Positions 61,450 to 64,000 of a DNA stretch of 64,000 bases are shown in pieces. The position numbers and the translations under genes were made by a program. Source of the stretch: Thermoplasmata archaeon (GTDB lineage: Archaea > Thermoplasmatota > Thermoplasmata > Halarchaeoplasmatales > Halarchaeoplasmataceae); NCBI GenBank assembly GCA_003560595.1, contig PWKY01000070.1:2540-66539 (forward strand). The letters are read 5' to 3'. The notes under the pieces were generated by a model. That model was not told where the DNA came from. It did no database searches and saw only the letters and a list, made by a program, of their open reading frames with translations. The stretch's first letter is position 1. Each line of letters begins with the position of its first letter.

Positions 61450-61734
61450 ATGGACGTTAATAGAGAAATAAGATTGGCAGTGAATACCGGCGAAACCATT
61501 TTAGGCGCTAAGGAAGCTAAGAAAGCAACCCTTTCTGGGGAAGCTAAATTAGTGATAGTATCGAAGAAATGTCCCGAAAAGAAATTTGGCGGAGAAGAAT
61601 TTGAAGGAGTTCCTATCTATCATTACGATGGGAATAACAAACAACTCGGATTTGCGGCAGGGAAACCCTTTTCGGTCTCTGCTCTCACCGTTATATCCTC
61701 AGGAGAATCTAACATCCTCTCTGTAAAGGGGTGA
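61450..61734 (+). CDS. rpl30e: 50S ribosomal protein L30e
   Basis: 94 aa. L30e-like LAVNTGETILGAKEAKKA...KLVIVSKKCPE. Canonical position after rpoA''. Confidence 0.8.
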   Translation: MDVNREIRLAVNTGETILGAKEAKKATLSGEAKLVIVSKKCPEKKFGGEEFEGVPIYHYDGNNKQLGFAAGKPFSVSALTVISSGESNILSVKG

Positions 61735-61740
61735 AATTAC

Positions 61741-62166
61741 TTGAAGGACATAAAGTTGACAGAAAAAACTCTTAGGTATATTTCACTTTTTGAAGATATC
61801 ACCGGTGCCAAGGTAAAAGACTGTATAGATATCCCAGAAAAAGTTATCTTTTTGGTGAAAAAGGGAGATATAGAGAAGGCCATCGGAAAGGGCGGCGTAA
61901 ACGTCACTAATGTTAGAAAAAAGTTGGGTAGGAATATCCACGTGATCGAGTACAACGAGGATCCCAAAAAATTATTGGGCAACATATTCTACAGTTATGA
62001 TGTCAAGGATATAGAGATAACAGAAAAAAATGACGTTAAACATGGTACGGTGGAGGTTGACCCGGAAAATAAAGCTAGAGCCATAGGAACCAAAGGAAGG
62101 AATCTATCCATCGCACGGATGATAATGATGAGGCATTCAGAAATATCCAGTGTATCTATCGCTTAA
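61741..62166 (+). CDS. nusA: archaeal NusA-like KH-domain transcription termination factor
   Basis: 141 aa. Two KH-like GxxG motifs (AIGKGGVNV; AIGTKGRNL). Canonical position after L30e. Confidence 0.75.
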   Translation: MKDIKLTEKTLRYISLFEDITGAKVKDCIDIPEKVIFLVKKGDIEKAIGKGGVNVTNVRKKLGRNIHVIEYNEDPKKLLGNIFYSYDVKDIEITEKNDVKHGTVEVDPENKARAIGTKGRNLSIARMIMMRHSEISSVSIA

Positions 62167-63150
62167 TATATCCGGCGTACCTCTAAAGTACATATAGGGT
62201 TCAAATTCTTTGTAAGCTCGCCATTCATCTTTGCAGCTACAATTGGAGATATCTTCTAAAATTGAGCTTTCCTTAAAGAAGTTGTTTATCGCTTCAACTA
62301 TGTTACTGTCACATTCTCCGCAGTTGTGCGCACCTCTGAAACTGCCGAGACCGGCCCTAGATATGACCATCTCTTCATCGGCCTTATGGATTACTTCAAG
62401 CAAGGACCACAGCCATGCCGGGCGGTAGAGCTTTCTCTTCCACAACAATTCTAACGGGCTGTACCTTTGTACGTTGACCGGATTTATAGAGATGGTGTTC
62501 ATCGGATGCGATACTGATCCTATAGAATATAATAGGTCGTCTATAGCTTCCTGTTCTGTAAGGAAGGGGGGTTTTAAGAGTAGGTATGTACGCAATCGTG
62601 CATTTGCTTCAAAAACGATCTCTCTAGCTTTTTTGTAATCTGAAAATGTAAAACCCTTATTGATGCAGTGTTCAAGTACAAAGTCATTAGCAGACTCTAG
62701 ACCGATGGCGATCTCCAGCTGATCTACCTGGTCTGTCATCGTGTCGATAACTTCCGGTTTTACATACTCCGGCCTAGACTCTACCACCGTCAGCTTAGAG
62801 TCGAAAGATGAAAGGATGTATGTAGATAAATCAGTAGGCACCTCATTTGGATCTAGGAAACTGCCTGAAGTATATATCTTAACAATATCTTCCCCGCCAT
62901 AACGAGAAATGGCTTCTTTTAGTTGATCCTCCAAGTCACCTATTTCGACCCTGGGATTGGTATCGGTATGATAGCCGCACATGGTGCAGCCCGATCTGTA
63001 GCTCCATGAACAGCCCCTTGTTCGAAATATGATCGCAAAGGTGTCTGTGAGTTCACCTTTTAACATCTCTTGTCCATGCCAGGTTGCCACTAGATCAGTC
63101 TTATCACTACGTTTATCTCTGAAACGTTTTGGGAAATCATCGAGATGCAT
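62137..63150 (-). CDS. radical-SAM-like enzyme with non-canonical Cx7Cx2C cluster motif (possibly an archaeosine-pathway RaSEA-type protein; tentative)
   Basis: 337 aa. FRTRGCSWSYRSGCTMCGY lies near the N-terminus. TIM-barrel-like length. C-terminal CGEC...CSC cysteines. Confidence 0.45.
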   Translation of the reverse strand: MHLDDFPKRFRDKRSDKTDLVATWHGQEMLKGELTDTFAIIFRTRGCSWSYRSGCTMCGYHTDTNPRVEIGDLEDQLKEAISRYGGEDIVKIYTSGSFLDPNEVPTDLSTYILSSFDSKLTVVESRPEYVKPEVIDTMTDQVDQLEIAIGLESANDFVLEHCINKGFTFSDYKKAREIVFEANARLRTYLLLKPPFLTEQEAIDDLLYSIGSVSHPMNTISINPVNVQRYSPLELLWKRKLYRPAWLWSLLEVIHKADEEMVISRAGLGSFRGAHNCGECDSNIVEAINNFFKESSILEDISNCSCKDEWRAYKEFEPYMYFRGTPDILSDRYTGYF

Positions 63151-63179
63151 ATGATGACCCCATGGTCAAAGGAGGGATA

Positions 63180-63986
63180 TTATACTTTTCCGATGGATAG
63201 TGGATTTTTCGGGAGTTCAGAATCCACGACGGGCTTGAGCTTCACCCTTTCTCCGAACAGGTTCTTGATTGTACCTTCCTTTTCCAGCCACGATCTTATT
63301 GGGATGACCGCATCTGCGGTTTTTGAGATATCTCGGGCGTCGGAAACCATCTGGATAATGTATTTCGCATCAATATCTTCAGGTATATCTGTATCGTAAA
63401 CCAGCAATACCTCGTTTTGTTCAGGTAGCTGGGGTAGGTTCATCTCATATAGACCGTATGCATTTGCACCTGCTTGGGCGACTACGTAGGGAGGTTCTAC
63501 ATCGGAAGAAGGTGCTACTACAGATATCACATCTTCTTTCCACTCCACGAGTTTTGATCTTGGGATCAAGTCCTTCAGAACGGGTGAAATGGCGAGGGCT
63601 TCATCTTCCACATAAATCTCTTCGGCTTCCAGCAGTTCTTCCCTTCCAACGGTTGAGACCTTATCGGGTATGTCGGCGTAAAGTTCACCGCCGGTTCCTT
63701 CGGCCAACTCCTTCAACGCCTCGGCCTCCTCAAATGTCGTATTTAGAGAGGCGTAAACATTTATTTTCTTATCGACTATCGTCCCGTGTTTATCTTGTGA
63801 TGCAACGAGCTTAGGGATGCTTTGGAATTTTCCGATATCGCAAAGATGACCTCGGACTGGAGCTAATCTAAGAGGTACGTTATCGTTCCCGTAAACTACG
63901 GTAGGACAGCCGAGACCGCATCCCATACAGTACGTATCTCCCATTTTATCTAGCTCGAATGGACCTGGTTTATTGCTTGGAGGCAC
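63180..63986 (-). CDS. hypothetical acidic protein with N-terminal Cys cluster (CMGCGLGC...C), reminiscent of molybdopterin-oxidoreductase/formate-dehydrogenase N-terminal 4Fe-4S domains but much shorter
   Basis: 268 aa. MGDTYCMGCGLGCPTVVYG ... RGHLCDIGKF. The remainder is acidic and matches no family. The N-terminus could extend beyond the window. Confidence 0.3.
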   Translation of the reverse strand: MPPSNKPGPFELDKMGDTYCMGCGLGCPTVVYGNDNVPLRLAPVRGHLCDIGKFQSIPKLVASQDKHGTIVDKKINVYASLNTTFEEAEALKELAEGTGGELYADIPDKVSTVGREELLEAEEIYVEDEALAISPVLKDLIPRSKLVEWKEDVISVVAPSSDVEPPYVVAQAGANAYGLYEMNLPQLPEQNEVLLVYDTDIPEDIDAKYIIQMVSDARDISKTADAVIPIRSWLEKEGTIKNLFGERVKLKPVVDSELPKNPLSIGKV

Positions 63987-64000
63987 CTCTTCTAGAGCTC

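Overview
This window is archaeal. It has a release factor aRF1, a split rpoA'/A'', archaeal L7Ae/S28e/L24e/L30e/P0/P1 ribosomal proteins, aIF5A, tandem FtsZ paralogues and a candidate PolD small subunit. Predicted proteins are very acidic (D/E-rich) on an AT-rich (~40% GC) background. That suggests a salt-in halophile, and a nanohaloarchaeal or other halophilic DPANN-like lineage is my inference, not something the sequence demonstrates.

Core informational genes:
- 386-3300: aRF1 translationally coupled to argS.
- 38670-40577: L1-P0-P1.
- 40700-41776: ftsZ1.
- 42604-46226: aIF5A, pepF, ndk, L24e, S28e, L7Ae.
- 53200-62166: a tRNA-Lys, then rpoH-rpoB(unsplit)-rpoA'-rpoA''-L30e-nusA.

Accessory content:
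- 9037-15191: a type-IV-pilus/Tad-like locus with two FlaI-type ATPases, a FlaJ/TadC split into two genes and a pilin-like protein.
- Three giant surface proteins of 955, 2109 and 1932 aa.
- A tandem operon of two MgtE-type membrane domains plus two PhoU/TrkA-C regulators.
- A translationally coupled radical-SAM, ferredoxin, geranylgeranyl reductase, DUF2085 lipid-type operon.
- A STAND-like ATPase with TPR repeats.
- A cdrS-like tandem-RHH gene upstream of an ftsZ2-like gene.
- Several metal-regulator, DUF and small-protein genes.

No CRISPR array, IS element or rRNA was seen.

Most notable oddities:
- A tRNA-Lys(UUU) that needs a ~27-nt insertion removed from its T-loop.
- An agmatinase whose conserved N-terminus has no start codon and sits in frame directly behind the aIF5A stop.
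- A giant surface protein with a cytoplasmic triple zinc-ribbon tail and KKVVKK repeats.
- An N-terminal helix-hairpin-helix-like, lysine-rich extension on RpoA''.
- A recurring A-tract/GGGG/T-tract element at convergent gene junctions.
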